Shown here one piece after another: positions 1 to 9,828 of a stretch of 64,000 bases of DNA. Numbering within the stretch: the first letter of the stretch is position 1; the number at the start of each line of letters is the position of its first letter. The notes beneath the pieces were generated by a model. That model was not told where the DNA came from. It saw only the letters and a program-made list of their open reading frames with translations, and did no database searches. The DNA is taken from NCBI GenBank assembly GCA_028703495.1, contig JAQVMT010000004.1, positions 42,479 through 106,478 on the forward strand, read 5' to 3'. This DNA comes from Clostridia bacterium. Its GTDB lineage: Bacteria > Bacillota > Clostridia > Christensenellales > CAG-314. A program made the position numbers and the translations under genes.

Positions 1-192
1 TACTTAAACAAGAATAAATAGAATGGACACGAACAAGAGGTCTAATTCACATTAAAGATATGTGAAACCATTAGTATGATAATTACATTGTGGTCGGTGC
101 GTGTATATGCAAAGAAGTGCGTATTCAGCAAGCGGTATACCCCGACGGACTTGCGGATTTAAAGGAATATAGCAAAAGGAGTAGTGAATATA

Positions 193-750
193 ATGCAGGA
201 AATAAGAGGCACAACCATATGTGCGGTAAAAAGAGATAAAATGATTGCGATTGCCGGTGACGGGCAGGTTACGCAGGGACAGAGCGTGGTATTAAAGGGT
301 AACGCTAGGAAGGTCAGGAGAATTTACAACGACGAGGTTATCGTAGGCTTTGCCGGAACGGTATCCGACGCGTTTACGCTTACCGAAAAATTCGAGCAAA
401 TGCTTCAGAAGTATTCGGGAAACTTGATGAGGAGCGCGGTGGAGCTTGCGCAGCTTTGGCGTTCGGACAAAATGGTAAGACAGTTGGAAGCGACAATGCT
501 TGTTGCCAGCAGTAAGACCATACTTTTGGTTGACGGCACGGGAAATATTGTGGAGCCGGAGTGCGGCACGATAGCTATCGGCAGCGGCGGCAACTATGCA
601 TTTGCGGCGGCAAGGGCTTTGTTGAACGAAACTGACCTTTCGGCAGACGTTATTGCACGAAAGGCATTGGAGATCGCGTCGGACATCTGTATTTATACCA
701 ATAAAAACATCATTGTGGAATCCATTATGGATGAGGGGGATAATTTATGA
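193..750 (+). CDS. hslV: ATP-dependent protease subunit HslV (CodW-like, with a short N-terminal propeptide before the TTI catalytic threonines)
   Basis: Translation [15 protein letters not shown]...GDGQVT...GSGG matches the HslV/ClpQ Ntn-hydrolase fold. The 6-aa extension before TT resembles B. subtilis CodW. Stop overlaps the hslU start. AGGAG lies 12 nt upstream of ATG 193. A GTG at 184 is an alternative start. Confidence 0.9.
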   Translation: MQEIRGTTICAVKRDKMIAIAGDGQVTQGQSVVLKGNARKVRRIYNDEVIVGFAGTVSDAFTLTEKFEQMLQKYSGNLMRSAVELAQLWRSDKMVRQLEATMLVASSKTILLVDGTGNIVEPECGTIAIGSGGNYAFAAARALLNETDLSADVIARKALEIASDICIYTNKNIIVESIMDEGDNL

Positions 751-2042
751 GTATGACGCCCAGGCAAATCGTTGCCGAGTTGGACAGATATATCGTGGGA
801 CAGGACTTTGCCAAAAGAGCGGTTGCCATCGCTTTAAGAAACAGATACAGGCGAAGCAGACTTACCGAAGCCGAGCGCGAGGAAATCACGCCCAAGAACA
901 TAATTATGAAAGGACCTACGGGAGTAGGTAAAACCGAAATTGCAAGACGGCTTGCAAAGCTTGTCAAGGCACCGTTTATTAAGGTCGAGGCGACAAAGTA
1001 TACCGAGGTCGGCTACGTCGGCAGAGATGTGGAATCGATGGTAAGGGATTTGGTCGAGGTTAGCATTAGACTTGTCAAGGAAGAAAGCATAAAAAACGTA
1101 AAGGACAAGGCATATATGAGGGCGGTTGTTATTGTGGTTGAGGCTCTTTGGAAGAACAAGGAGATTTTGCCACCCAACATTGAAAAGAACGTGCTTACCG
1201 ACGAGGTGCAAAATCACCGTTTGGATCACCTTACGGTGGAGATTGAGGTTATCGAAACACCCAAGCCTATGGAAATCGCTCCGGGAATGGGTTCTATCAG
1301 CATAGGCAATATTTTAGGAGATATGGCACCCAAAAGGAAGCGCGTCAAGCGTATGACCGTCAAGCAAGCTTTGGAGTTTTTGGAAAGACAGGAAGCCGAC
1401 AAGCTTATCGATCAGGACAGCGTTAACACCGAAGCACTTATGAGAGCCGAAAACGAGGGCATAATCTTTATCGACGAGATCGACAAAATCGCAGGCAAAG
1501 GCAACACCAACGGTCCCGATGTGTCGCGTGAGGGCGTTCAAAGGGACATTCTGCCTATCGTCGAGGGCTGTACGGTTAACACAAAATACGGCAATATCAA
1601 GACCGATTATATACTTTTCATCGCAAGCGGTGCCTTTCATGTTTCGCAGGTGAATGAGCTTATTCCCGAGCTTCAGGGACGTTTTCCCGTTGTGGTGGAG
1701 CTAAACAGCCTCACAAAGGAAGACTTCGTGAAAATCTTGACCGAGCCGGAAAACGCAGTAACCTCGCAATATAGAAAGCTTTTAAAGGTGGACAACATCG
1801 ATTTGGAGTTTACACCCGACGGAATCGACGAAATTGCGACTGTGGCATACGACCTCAACAGCACATCCGAGGACATCGGCGCAAGACGTCTGCACAGCAT
1901 AATGGAGCATATTATCGAGCAGGTCAGCTTCGATATCAACGAAACCGGTGATGCAACGACGGTTGTTATCGACAAGGAATTCGTCATCAACAACCTCAGC
2001 AAGGAAACAAAAACGTACAACATCAAAAAGTACATTTTATAG
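747..2042 (+). CDS. hslU: ATP-dependent protease ATPase subunit HslU
   Basis: AAA+ motifs: Walker [16 protein letters not shown], Walker [11 protein letters not shown], and the intermediate I-domain. Translationally coupled to hslV. Confidence 0.95.
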   Translation: MSMTPRQIVAELDRYIVGQDFAKRAVAIALRNRYRRSRLTEAEREEITPKNIIMKGPTGVGKTEIARRLAKLVKAPFIKVEATKYTEVGYVGRDVESMVRDLVEVSIRLVKEESIKNVKDKAYMRAVVIVVEALWKNKEILPPNIEKNVLTDEVQNHRLDHLTVEIEVIETPKPMEIAPGMGSISIGNILGDMAPKRKRVKRMTVKQALEFLERQEADKLIDQDSVNTEALMRAENEGIIFIDEIDKIAGKGNTNGPDVSREGVQRDILPIVEGCTVNTKYGNIKTDYILFIASGAFHVSQVNELIPELQGRFPVVVELNSLTKEDFVKILTEPENAVTSQYRKLLKVDNIDLEFTPDGIDEIATVAYDLNSTSEDIGARRLHSIMEHIIEQVSFDINETGDATTVVIDKEFVINNLSKETKTYNIKKYIL

Positions 2043-2290
2043 TAGCAGATCTGTTTACGTGCTTGCGTATTCTGCGTTGAATGTTAAGAGCATTTATCGG
2101 TAGGGGCGAACCCATATGTTTTCGCTCGCAAAGCTGTCAGCGGAGCTGTTTACGTGTTCGCACTCGACCTGTGAGGTATGGTATGCGTAATAATCGGTAG
2201 GGGCGATTTACGTGCTTGCTCGTTCTGCATTGAATGTTAAGAGCATTTATTGGTAGGGGCGAACCCATGTGTTCGCCCGTCTGCCAAAAA
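2043..2290. repeat. Intergenic direct repeats (about 60-nt unit, two copies about 153 bp apart), each ending in the GGGCGAACCCATGTGTTCGCCC palindrome
   Basis: tttacgtgcttgc..ttctgc.ttgaatgttaagagcatttat.ggtaggggcgaaccca occurs at about 2055-2117 and about 2208-2272. The full palindrome is at 2257-2279. A degenerate copy is at 2103-2127. Confidence 0.8.
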
Positions 2291-2385
2291 GACGACCCGA
2301 TCCGAGCACTAACCAAAAAAAGCTAAAATAAGGTCGAAGAACGTGGCGGTCTACCAAAACGCTTGAACTGCAAAAACGAGGGGAA

Positions 2386-3066
2386 ATGAATCAAAAACCA
2401 AATCACATCGGAATAATTATGGACGGCAACGGGCGATGGGCGACAGCAAGGGGCAAAACTCGGCTTGCCGGGCATAGTGCGGGAGTGGAGGTTGCGTCCG
2501 ATGTTGTTAGGTATGCCATCAAATACGGCATTCCCTATTTGTCGTTGTACGCCTTTTCCACCGAGAACGCCAACCGACCAAAAGCCGAGGTGCAGGGGCT
2601 TATGAGGCTTGCCAGATCGGCGTTTGCAAAAAGCGATAAGCTTAACGAGCAAGGAATCCGTATACTTATTTCGGGAACGCCGCAGGGGCTCGATGATGAC
2701 TTAGTTCGCTCTATCGGCTTGATAGAGAAGTCAACCGCGAACAACCGCGCGATAACCGTCAATATCTGTTTCAATTACGGAGGAAGGCGGGAGCTGTCCG
2801 ACGCAGTCAACAAAATCATCGCAAGCGGCGTTAAATCCGTGGATGAGCAAAGCTTGCGCAATTATATGTATCACGGTGAGCTGCCCGACTGCGATGTTAT
2901 TGTGCGAACGGGCGGATATATGCGGCTAAGCAACTTTTTGATATACCAAAGCAGCTACAGCGAGCTGTATTTTACCGATACTCTTTGGCCGGACTTTTCC
3001 GAAAACGAATTTTTGCGCGTTTTGGAGTATTTCAAAGGCTGCAAAAGAAACTTCGGAAAGGTATAA
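2386..3066 (+). CDS. uppS: Isoprenyl transferase / undecaprenyl-diphosphate synthase
   Basis: HIGIIMDGNGRWA...YLSLYAFSTENANRP are the conserved cis-prenyltransferase motifs. Length is 226 aa. Confidence 0.93.
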   Translation: MNQKPNHIGIIMDGNGRWATARGKTRLAGHSAGVEVASDVVRYAIKYGIPYLSLYAFSTENANRPKAEVQGLMRLARSAFAKSDKLNEQGIRILISGTPQGLDDDLVRSIGLIEKSTANNRAITVNICFNYGGRRELSDAVNKIIASGVKSVDEQSLRNYMYHGELPDCDVIVRTGGYMRLSNFLIYQSSYSELYFTDTLWPDFSENEFLRVLEYFKGCKRNFGKV

Positions 3067-3102
3067 TCTGCAGGACATGCAAATACAACGGATTGAACGA
3101 AT

Positions 3103-3993
3103 ATGGATGAAGTAAAGAAGATAACATTATTCAGGAGAATTGTCACGGGCGCGGGCATCTGTATCGTGTTGGTGGGCAGTTTATTTCTAAGCTATTATAT
3201 AAGCTCGTTTTTTATCGACGCGCTTATTTGTTTGCTTATTGCCTTATGCACGATCGAGGTCTGGAGGGCGGTGGCAAAGTTCTCGGACAAGAGATTTTCG
3301 GTGCCGATGATAATTTTTGCCGTAACGACTGGTGTGGTTTGCAAGCTGCAGTTTCTGTATGGCAACACAAGCGGATACCTTTTCCCTTGGTCGCTGGCTT
3401 ATATGGCGATTTTTTTCTTCATTGGAGTGGTTATCGCCGTTATCAACGCAATTCCTGCGGATAAGCTGGTGTGTTATGCATTCACTCTCTTTTATCCCGC
3501 CGCCATAATGGAGTTCATGCTTATTGCATACTCTTACAATGCAAGCTTTGCTCATTCGGGAGTTTTGGCAATGAGTTTTATCTTCGCAGTGTCCTCGGGT
3601 ACGGACATTTTCGCCTATTTGGGCGGTACGATGTTCGGCAAGCATAAGCTTTGCCCCAAATTTAGCCCCAACAAAACCGTCGAAGGTGCAATAAGCGGTA
3701 TTGTCGGCGGACTTGTGGGAGCGGCTGTGGTTTATCTAATTTGCGAGTTGAGCGGATTGATCCCGATCGAATCCGTTTTTGCCGTGAATAAGTTCGTTAT
3801 TTATGCAATTATCGGTTTTTTAGGTGGCGTGTTTAATCAATTCGGGGACTTGCTTGCAAGTATGATCAAACGTTATGCGCAGGTCAAGGACTATGGCACG
3901 GCTTTGGGCAGTCACGGCGGCTTTATGGACAGATTCGACGGAATGATGTTTTGCGGTCTTGCAACGGCGATTGTATTCGTGCTTGCCGCATAG
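3103..3993 (+). CDS. cdsA: Phosphatidate cytidylyltransferase
   Basis: Multi-pass membrane protein with the CdsA C-terminal signature GTDIFAYLGGTMFGKHKL...SPNKTVEG...DRFDG. Confidence 0.9.
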   Translation: MDEVKKITLFRRIVTGAGICIVLVGSLFLSYYISSFFIDALICLLIALCTIEVWRAVAKFSDKRFSVPMIIFAVTTGVVCKLQFLYGNTSGYLFPWSLAYMAIFFFIGVVIAVINAIPADKLVCYAFTLFYPAAIMEFMLIAYSYNASFAHSGVLAMSFIFAVSSGTDIFAYLGGTMFGKHKLCPKFSPNKTVEGAISGIVGGLVGAAVVYLICELSGLIPIESVFAVNKFVIYAIIGFLGGVFNQFGDLLASMIKRYAQVKDYGTALGSHGGFMDRFDGMMFCGLATAIVFVLAA

Positions 3994-4022
3994 CCTTCGT
4001 CGGGCGCAAAAACGGAGTAATA

Positions 4023-5159
4023 ATGAAGAAAATTGCTGTTTTGGGATGTACGGGAAGCGTGGGAACGCAGACGTTGGAGGTAATCGATAAATGCGGTTAT
4101 CGGGTGTCGGCGTTGGTTGCACACTCCGACGTCGCGCGACTTGAGAGCTTTGCCGTCAGATTCAAGCCAGAGTTCGTAGGGCTGATTGACGGGCGGTTCT
4201 CCGATGAGTTTATTGAGTTTTGCGATAAAATCGGTTGCGAATACGCGACGGGCGTGCTTGTTATGGAAAGGGCGGCTCTTTGCGGCGACGTAATTTGTGT
4301 CAGTACGGCGGGAGTGCAGGCGATAGATCCGATAATTCACGCGTTGAACGCAGGAAAGACAGTTGCGCTCTCAAATAAGGAGAGCCTTGTTTGTGCGGGC
4401 GAGTTTATAATGGAAGCGGCAAAAAACGGCAATTTAATTCCCGTGGACAGCGAACATAATGCTGTTTTTCAGCTTGTCGAGGGCAGATCCGACGTCAAAA
4501 AAATAATTCTTACGGCAAGTGGCGGAGCGTTTTTCGGGAAAACCTCTGCGGAGCTGGCGCAGGTTACGCCCGAGGGCGCGACCTTCAATCCCAATTGGAA
4601 AATGGGCAAGAAAATCACCGTAGACAGCGCGACTCTTATGAACAAAGGGCTGGAGGTCATCGAGGCTTGCCGACTTTTCGGCGTGGAGGAAAAGGACGTC
4701 GAGGTTTTGGTACACAGACAGAGTGTCGTTCATTCGCTGGTGGAGTTTGCCGACGGCGGAGTGTTTGCTCTCCTAAACAACCCCGATATGAAATACCCGA
4801 TCAAATACGCGTTGGATTATCCCGAGCGCACGAGAAGCATAATTGAGCCGTTGGACTTGGTTAAGCTGCGCGAATTGACCTTTGAAAAGCCCGACAACGC
4901 GGCGTTTCCTTCGTTGGAGGTTGCAAGGCAGGCGATCCGATCGGGCGGTTTTTATCCAACGGTGCTGACGGCGGCGGACGATTGCGCGGTTTCCGCCTTT
5001 TTAAACGGCAAAATCCTTTTCACGCAGATTCCCGAGGTTATCGACTCCGCCATGCAAAAGTATCGTCCGTGTGAAGATTATGGCGTAACGGGAATACTTC
5101 GCGAATATGATAGAGTAAAAGCGTTTACCCAAAAGGAGCTATTTCGGACAAATGCTTGA
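4023..5159 (+). CDS. dxr: 1-deoxy-D-xylulose 5-phosphate reductoisomerase
   Basis: MKKIAVLGCTGSVGTQTL is the NADPH-binding N-terminus. LANKESLV, NPNW.MG and LMNKGLEVIEA motifs are present. Internal start at 4023 chosen within ORF 3951..5159. Confidence 0.93.
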   Translation: MKKIAVLGCTGSVGTQTLEVIDKCGYRVSALVAHSDVARLESFAVRFKPEFVGLIDGRFSDEFIEFCDKIGCEYATGVLVMERAALCGDVICVSTAGVQAIDPIIHALNAGKTVALSNKESLVCAGEFIMEAAKNGNLIPVDSEHNAVFQLVEGRSDVKKIILTASGGAFFGKTSAELAQVTPEGATFNPNWKMGKKITVDSATLMNKGLEVIEACRLFGVEEKDVEVLVHRQSVVHSLVEFADGGVFALLNNPDMKYPIKYALDYPERTRSIIEPLDLVKLRELTFEKPDNAAFPSLEVARQAIRSGGFYPTVLTAADDCAVSAFLNGKILFTQIPEVIDSAMQKYRPCEDYGVTGILREYDRVKAFTQKELFRTNA

Positions 5160-5305
5160 ATAGGTTGAAGTGCGCGTTTATGCGTATTAAGCTTAAATAA
5201 GCTGAAAGTGCGCGTTTATACTTTTGAAGCTTTAAACAAATTTAAGTGTGCGTTTATGCGTTTAAAGCTTAAACAAGTTGATAAATGCGTTTATGCGCGG
5301 TATAT
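5160..5305. repeat. Four degenerate tandem repeats of about 38 nt (aagtgcgcgtttatgcgt..aagctta) immediately after the dxr stop
   Basis: Read directly from sequence. The units loosely resemble the dxr 3-prime end (gcgtttaccc...gcttgaatag). Confidence 0.7.
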
Positions 5306-5361
5306 GAAAATAATGTTGCTAGCGGACGGCTAAATCCAATCGGCATTATTAACAGGAAGAT

Positions 5362-6750
5362 ATGATAAGTTTGGTGTGTGCCACTGTTGCGGGTGCATTA
5401 AGTACAATAGGCTACGTCTTAATCGCCCTTTTGATTTTGATGTTTATGATCACGATTCACGAGCTTGGGCATTACCTTTTCGGTAAGTTGTTCAAGTTTA
5501 AAATAAACGAGTTTTCCATCGGAATGGGACCTAAAATATTCCAAAAGAAGCTCAAAAGCGGCGAATTGTTTTCCATAAGGATAATACCGTTGGGTGGCTA
5601 TTGCGCGTTCGACGGAGAGGATTCCGAGGGCGTTAACGAAGCTAAAGCGCGCGGCGATAACCGAAACCAAGCCGAATCCGCGGGTGAAAGCGAAAGGAAC
5701 GGTGATGCTTCTACTCGAAGCTTGACAGGAAGCGAAGCCGATGAGGGCTTGCAAGCCGCACAGTCGAGCGATAACATTTCCGCCGATGCTCGCAACCAAT
5801 CCGACGGTCGCTTTGATATGATTCGTGACGAGGAAAGCGAGAGTCAAGGCGATCAAGGAAAAACGAGAGAAGGTGTTCCCAACCTTAAATTCAACGACCA
5901 CAAGCCGTACGAGCGTATTATCGTATTATTCGCGGGTGCGTTCTTCAACTTTGTGAGTGCGATAATAATCGCATTTATCGCGTTTTTATGCATAGGAAAT
6001 TATGCGCCGACCGTTGTATACGTTCAAAGCGATTCTCCCAACTTTCAATCGGGGGCGATATTAAAGGGCGACATGATTTACAAGGTTGACGGCAAGACGA
6101 TATACTTTTTCTCGGATGCGAGCAAATATTTGAGCCAAGCCGAGGGTGAAATCGAGCTTGTGGTTTACCGCGACGGCGAATACGTCACGATTTACGTCGA
6201 AAAGGGCGAATACAATCCCGACAGCTTGCTTTACACCGAGGACGAGGACGGCAATCAATATCTTGAGCTTGACGAAAACGGGAATGTTACGGTCTTAGAG
6301 TACAAGAGCGAGCCTACCGCAGACGGTTTGGGCATCATATTCAACGCGCAAAAGCTGGAGTTCGGAGTGGGGCGCGCTGCAATTTGGAGCGTGGGCTACT
6401 GTGTTCGCGCAGGCGGCTATATTTTGGAGTCCTTCGGCGATCTTATAACAGGGCAAGTCGCCATAAGCGAGGTCGGCGGACCTATCGCACTGATAAGCGC
6501 GACCACGCAGGTTGCCCGACAGGGACTGCAAAACACCTTGTTTTTGATAATCCTCATCTCGGTAAACCTCGCGGTTTTCAATCTGTTGCCGATACCCGCG
6601 TTGGACGGTTGCCGCATTATTTTCGTAATAATCGAGTGGGTTCGCGGCAAACCCGTCAACAGGAAGGTCGAGGCGATCATCCACACGGTCGGACTTATCG
6701 TGCTTTTCACCCTAGTAATAGGCATCGACCTTTTCAATCTGATATTCTAG
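5362..6750 (+). CDS. rseP: RIP site-2 metalloprotease (RseP/RasP, M50 family) with an unusual acidic low-complexity insertion of about 95 aa
   Basis: HELGHY lies in TM1, a PDZ-like segment follows (ILKGDMIYKVDGKTIYF), and LDG is near the C-terminus. The insertion DGEDSEGVNEAKARG...ESESQGDQGKTREG separates IPLGGY from TM2. Confidence 0.85.
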   Translation: MISLVCATVAGALSTIGYVLIALLILMFMITIHELGHYLFGKLFKFKINEFSIGMGPKIFQKKLKSGELFSIRIIPLGGYCAFDGEDSEGVNEAKARGDNRNQAESAGESERNGDASTRSLTGSEADEGLQAAQSSDNISADARNQSDGRFDMIRDEESESQGDQGKTREGVPNLKFNDHKPYERIIVLFAGAFFNFVSAIIIAFIAFLCIGNYAPTVVYVQSDSPNFQSGAILKGDMIYKVDGKTIYFFSDASKYLSQAEGEIELVVYRDGEYVTIYVEKGEYNPDSLLYTEDEDGNQYLELDENGNVTVLEYKSEPTADGLGIIFNAQKLEFGVGRAAIWSVGYCVRAGGYILESFGDLITGQVAISEVGGPIALISATTQVARQGLQNTLFLIILISVNLAVFNLLPIPALDGCRIIFVIIEWVRGKPVNRKVEAIIHTVGLIVLFTLVIGIDLFNLIF

Positions 6751-6761
6751 CGATTCGGCGT

Positions 6762-6946
6762 ACCGACAGCGGAGCTGTTTTAGTGCTGACGCGAATGGTG
6801 ACCGCCGTTCAACGTATAACCAAAGAATTATGTCGAGCAAACGACAGCGGAGCTATTTTCGGGCAGGCGCGAATGGTGACCTCCGTTCAACGTATAACCA
6901 AAGAATTATGTCGAGAAAACGACAGCGGAGCTGTTCTAGTGCTTCT
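6762..6946. repeat. Tandem repeat with a 78-nt unit (two full copies at 6791-6868 and 6869-6946, plus a partial leading copy)
   Basis: gcgaatggtgacc.ccgttcaacgtataaccaaagaattatgtcgag.aaacgacagcggagct is repeated. The terminal copy runs into gtgcttctcaatgtttataggtttattcgc, which resembles the rseP 3-prime end gtgcttttcaccctagtaataggcatcgacc. Confidence 0.85.
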
Positions 6947-7007
6947 CAATGTTTATAGGTTTATTCGCAAGGACAATTAATTACAGTTAAGCAAAAAGGA
7001 ATACTTT

Positions 7008-8051
7008 ATGGAACAAATACCTCAACGACAACCTACGAGGAGCGTCAAGGTCAAAAATACTGTTATCGGCGGTGGAAGCCGAATAAAAATTCAGTCAATG
7101 ACGACTGCACGCGTGACCGACGATGACATATGCGGTGAGCTTGCCGCGCTAAAAGCCGAGGGTTGCGACATTGTCCGCGTTGCGGTAAACGATGTTGCCG
7201 ATGCTTTGGCGATAAAGAGCCGTGACTTTTTGGGAATGCCCGTGGTTGCCGATATTCATTTCGATTATAAGCTAGCTTTGCTTGCCATTGAAAACGGTGC
7301 GGATAAGGTGCGCGTAAACCCTTCCAACCTCGGCGCAAGGGAAAATTTCGTCAAGGTAATACACTGCGCGCGCGCTCACCATGTGCCGATACGAATAGGA
7401 GCCAACTGCGGAAGCGTGCACGATGCTGTAAACGTAGGGCAAAGTGTGTCGGACTCTCTCAAGGAATACGTCGGAGTGTGCGAAAACGAGGGCTTCTACG
7501 ACATTGTCCTTTCGGTCAAAAGCAGTTCGGTTCTTCAAACGATCGAGCTTAACCGCGAGGTAAGCCGCATTTTCGATTATCCCCTGCATTTGGGGGTTAC
7601 CGAAGCGGGAACGCTAAGCGGCGGATCGATTAAAAACGCCATAGGCATCGGTGCGTTGCTTGCCGACGGCATCGGCGATACGATAAGGGTATCGCTTTCG
7701 GCGGCTCCGTATGAGGAGGTCGCTTGCGCAAAGCGGATACTCCGCGCCCTCGATCTATACGGTGGTGTAAAGATAGTAAGCTGTCCCACCTGCGGGCGCA
7801 AAAAGGCAGACGTCATTGCGCTTGCATCGGAGCTGGAACGTGCGACTTCATCGATAAACGCCGACATTACCATCGCGGTTATGGGCTGCGAGGTCAACGG
7901 ACCGGGCGAAGCCAAGCAGGCAGACTTGGGAGTTGCCGGTGCGGTAGGAGGCGGAGCCGTCTTGTTCGAAAAAGGAAAGCTTATCAAAAAGCTCACGAAA
8001 GAGGAAATAATACCCGAGCTACTCAAGTATATCGACAGCTACTCTAAGTAA
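7008..8051 (+). CDS. ispG: 4-hydroxy-3-methylbut-2-enyl diphosphate synthase (flavodoxin)
   Basis: GcpE TIM-barrel signature IQSMTT...VRVAVN...VADIHFDY...VNPSNLG. The C-terminal 4Fe-4S motif CPTCGR is present. Confidence 0.93.
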   Translation: MEQIPQRQPTRSVKVKNTVIGGGSRIKIQSMTTARVTDDDICGELAALKAEGCDIVRVAVNDVADALAIKSRDFLGMPVVADIHFDYKLALLAIENGADKVRVNPSNLGARENFVKVIHCARAHHVPIRIGANCGSVHDAVNVGQSVSDSLKEYVGVCENEGFYDIVLSVKSSSVLQTIELNREVSRIFDYPLHLGVTEAGTLSGGSIKNAIGIGALLADGIGDTIRVSLSAAPYEEVACAKRILRALDLYGGVKIVSCPTCGRKKADVIALASELERATSSINADITIAVMGCEVNGPGEAKQADLGVAGAVGGGAVLFEKGKLIKKLTKEEIIPELLKYIDSYSK

Positions 8052-8092
8052 GCTTCGATTCGCGCTCAAGATCTTGAAAAACTATTTAACAA

Positions 8093-8160
8093 GCACACGA
8101 AAGAGGAAATTATACCCGAGCTACTAAAGTATATCGACAGCTACTCGAAGAAAAGATAAA
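8093..8160. repeat. Post-stop echo copy of the last about 64 nt of ispG (7988-8051), including a new stop
   Basis: aagcacacgaaagaggaaattatacccgagctactaaagtatatcgacagctactcgaag matches aagctcacgaaagaggaaataatacccgagctactcaagtatatcgacagctactctaag at about 93% identity. Confidence 0.9.
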
Positions 8161-8277
8161 TTTGCTCGGTTACTTTATCGGAAATATAGTTACGGGATAC
8201 AAAAATGCAACGATAAACGGACGTTAATCGCGCGAGTTGGCGACGTCATATCGGTTTAGCGCAAACAAAGGTGGAAA

Positions 8278-9828
8278 ATGCAAGGTATTACGGCGACAAT
8301 CAAGGAGAAAACCAACGGCAGATACGGCGATTTGCGATTGAAAAGAGCCGTTTTTTCCAAATCCGTCGGAGTTGTTACTTTTTCGTTTACCACAATGAAG
8401 GCTCTTTCCGAAGGTCAGCGCGAGGAAATTGCCGCAATTGTCAAGGCTTCGGAATTTGCGGCTTTAAGCTTTGCTGCGGAGTTCTCTTTGGAAACGCGAA
8501 GTGTCAAAAGCATTTTAAACAGCGTTGTTTCCTTCACAAAATCCGATTTCTTCTCCGTTTTCAAGTTCCTTGAGGAAACGCCCAAGGCGATCAAGGTCGA
8601 GGGCGACGGCGAATTTAAGGTAACGTTTACCGTCGATTCGGATATGGCTCGAACATTTGAGCAAATGAGCTATGTCCCGTCGTTGACCGAATACCTGCAA
8701 AGCGTGTATGCAAGTAACATTTCGGTCGAGCTTATCGAAAAGCAGGAAGCAGATTTCGACTTGGCGCAGGCGGTCAAGGACATCGACTATCGACAGGATT
8801 TGGCACAGCTGGTTGCTATGGGAACGCCAAAGCGCGAGGTGCTGGTCGAAAGAATCGGCGCGGTCGTCGGCAAGGAGGTTTCGGGCAATCCGATTTACAT
8901 TTCCGACGTCGAGGAGGGCAACGTAGTTATTTGCGGCAATGTCATCGAGGTCGCCGCTTTCGACGTAAAGAAGGAAGCTTCCAAGGTCAAGAAGGTTTAC
9001 AAGTATACGATCGAGGACTTTACGGGAAAAATGAAGGTGGTTTACTTTGCCAAGGAGGACGACAAGGACATCTTAAAGGTGCATATGAACGACACTATTT
9101 TGGTTTTCGGCAAGGCGGCGGTCAACGAAACGGCACACGAAATGCAGGTCGTTGCAAAGTGCATAACCTATTGCCATATTCTCAAGGGAGAAAAAATCAA
9201 CGTGCTTTCGGTCGAGCCCAACGCCGATTACATAGTCGTCAAGCCTCAACCCTATGAGAAAATCGAACAGCAAAGCCTTTTGGACGTGCTTGCTCCTACC
9301 AAAAAAGAGGGTGACGGCAAAACCTACGTTGCTTTCGACTTCGAAACGACGGGATTGAAGGCATTGGAGGATAAAATTATCGAAATAGGGGCGGTCAAGA
9401 TCGAAAACGGTGAAATTACCGAGATTTTCTCGACCTTTATCAATCCGCAACGCCCGATCGGTGCAAGCTCCACCCAAATTACGGGCATAACCGACGATAT
9501 GGTTGCCGATGCACCCGTAATTACCGCCGTCATTCCCGATTTATATAAGTTTTGCTACGGCTCGACTATAATCGCTCACAACATTGACTTCGATTACGCC
9601 TTTTTGCAGTATTACAGTGAGCCGACCGGTTATATCTTCAACAACCCGCGCGAGGATACTTTGGCGTTGGCAAAAGCGTTTTTCCGCAAAAAGGAAAATT
9701 TGAAAAACTCGCCGCCTAACTTCAAACTCCAAAGCATCGCAAGAGTCCTTAACGTTCACCAAGACGAAGCACACCGCGCTTACGACGATGCCCGAGTTTG
9801 TGCCGAAATATTCCTTAAAATGCAGTAG
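8278..9828 (+). CDS. PolC N-terminal-half homolog: N-domain plus OB fold plus DEDDh 3-prime-5-prime exonuclease, with no PHP or polymerase core
   Basis: Exo motifs YVAFDFETTGL, ITGITDDMV and IIAHNIDFDYAFL...HRAYDDAR are almost identical in pattern to the PolC proofreading domain. The upstream segment VKKVYKYTIEDFTGKMKVVYFAKED...LVFGKA matches the PolC OB domain. It lies between ispG and rimP, where polC sits in Bacillus. Good RBS (aaaggtggaaaATG). Confidence 0.75.
   Translation: MQGITATIKEKTNGRYGDLRLKRAVFSKSVGVVTFSFTTMKALSEGQREEIAAIVKASEFAALSFAAEFSLETRSVKSILNSVVSFTKSDFFSVFKFLEETPKAIKVEGDGEFKVTFTVDSDMARTFEQMSYVPSLTEYLQSVYASNISVELIEKQEADFDLAQAVKDIDYRQDLAQLVAMGTPKREVLVERIGAVVGKEVSGNPIYISDVEEGNVVICGNVIEVAAFDVKKEASKVKKVYKYTIEDFTGKMKVVYFAKEDDKDILKVHMNDTILVFGKAAVNETAHEMQVVAKCITYCHILKGEKINVLSVEPNADYIVVKPQPYEKIEQQSLLDVLAPTKKEGDGKTYVAFDFETTGLKALEDKIIEIGAVKIENGEITEIFSTFINPQRPIGASSTQITGITDDMVADAPVITAVIPDLYKFCYGSTIIAHNIDFDYAFLQYYSEPTGYIFNNPREDTLALAKAFFRKKENLKNSPPNFKLQSIARVLNVHQDEAHRAYDDARVCAEIFLKMQ

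Noticed and set aside
7988-8160. Diversity-generating retroelement (VR at a gene 3-prime end with a downstream TR) as an explanation for the gene-end echoes
   Set aside because: Mismatches between echo and gene are not confined to adenine positions of the downstream copy. The echoes are short (30-70 nt). They follow unrelated housekeeping genes. No reverse transcriptase is present.
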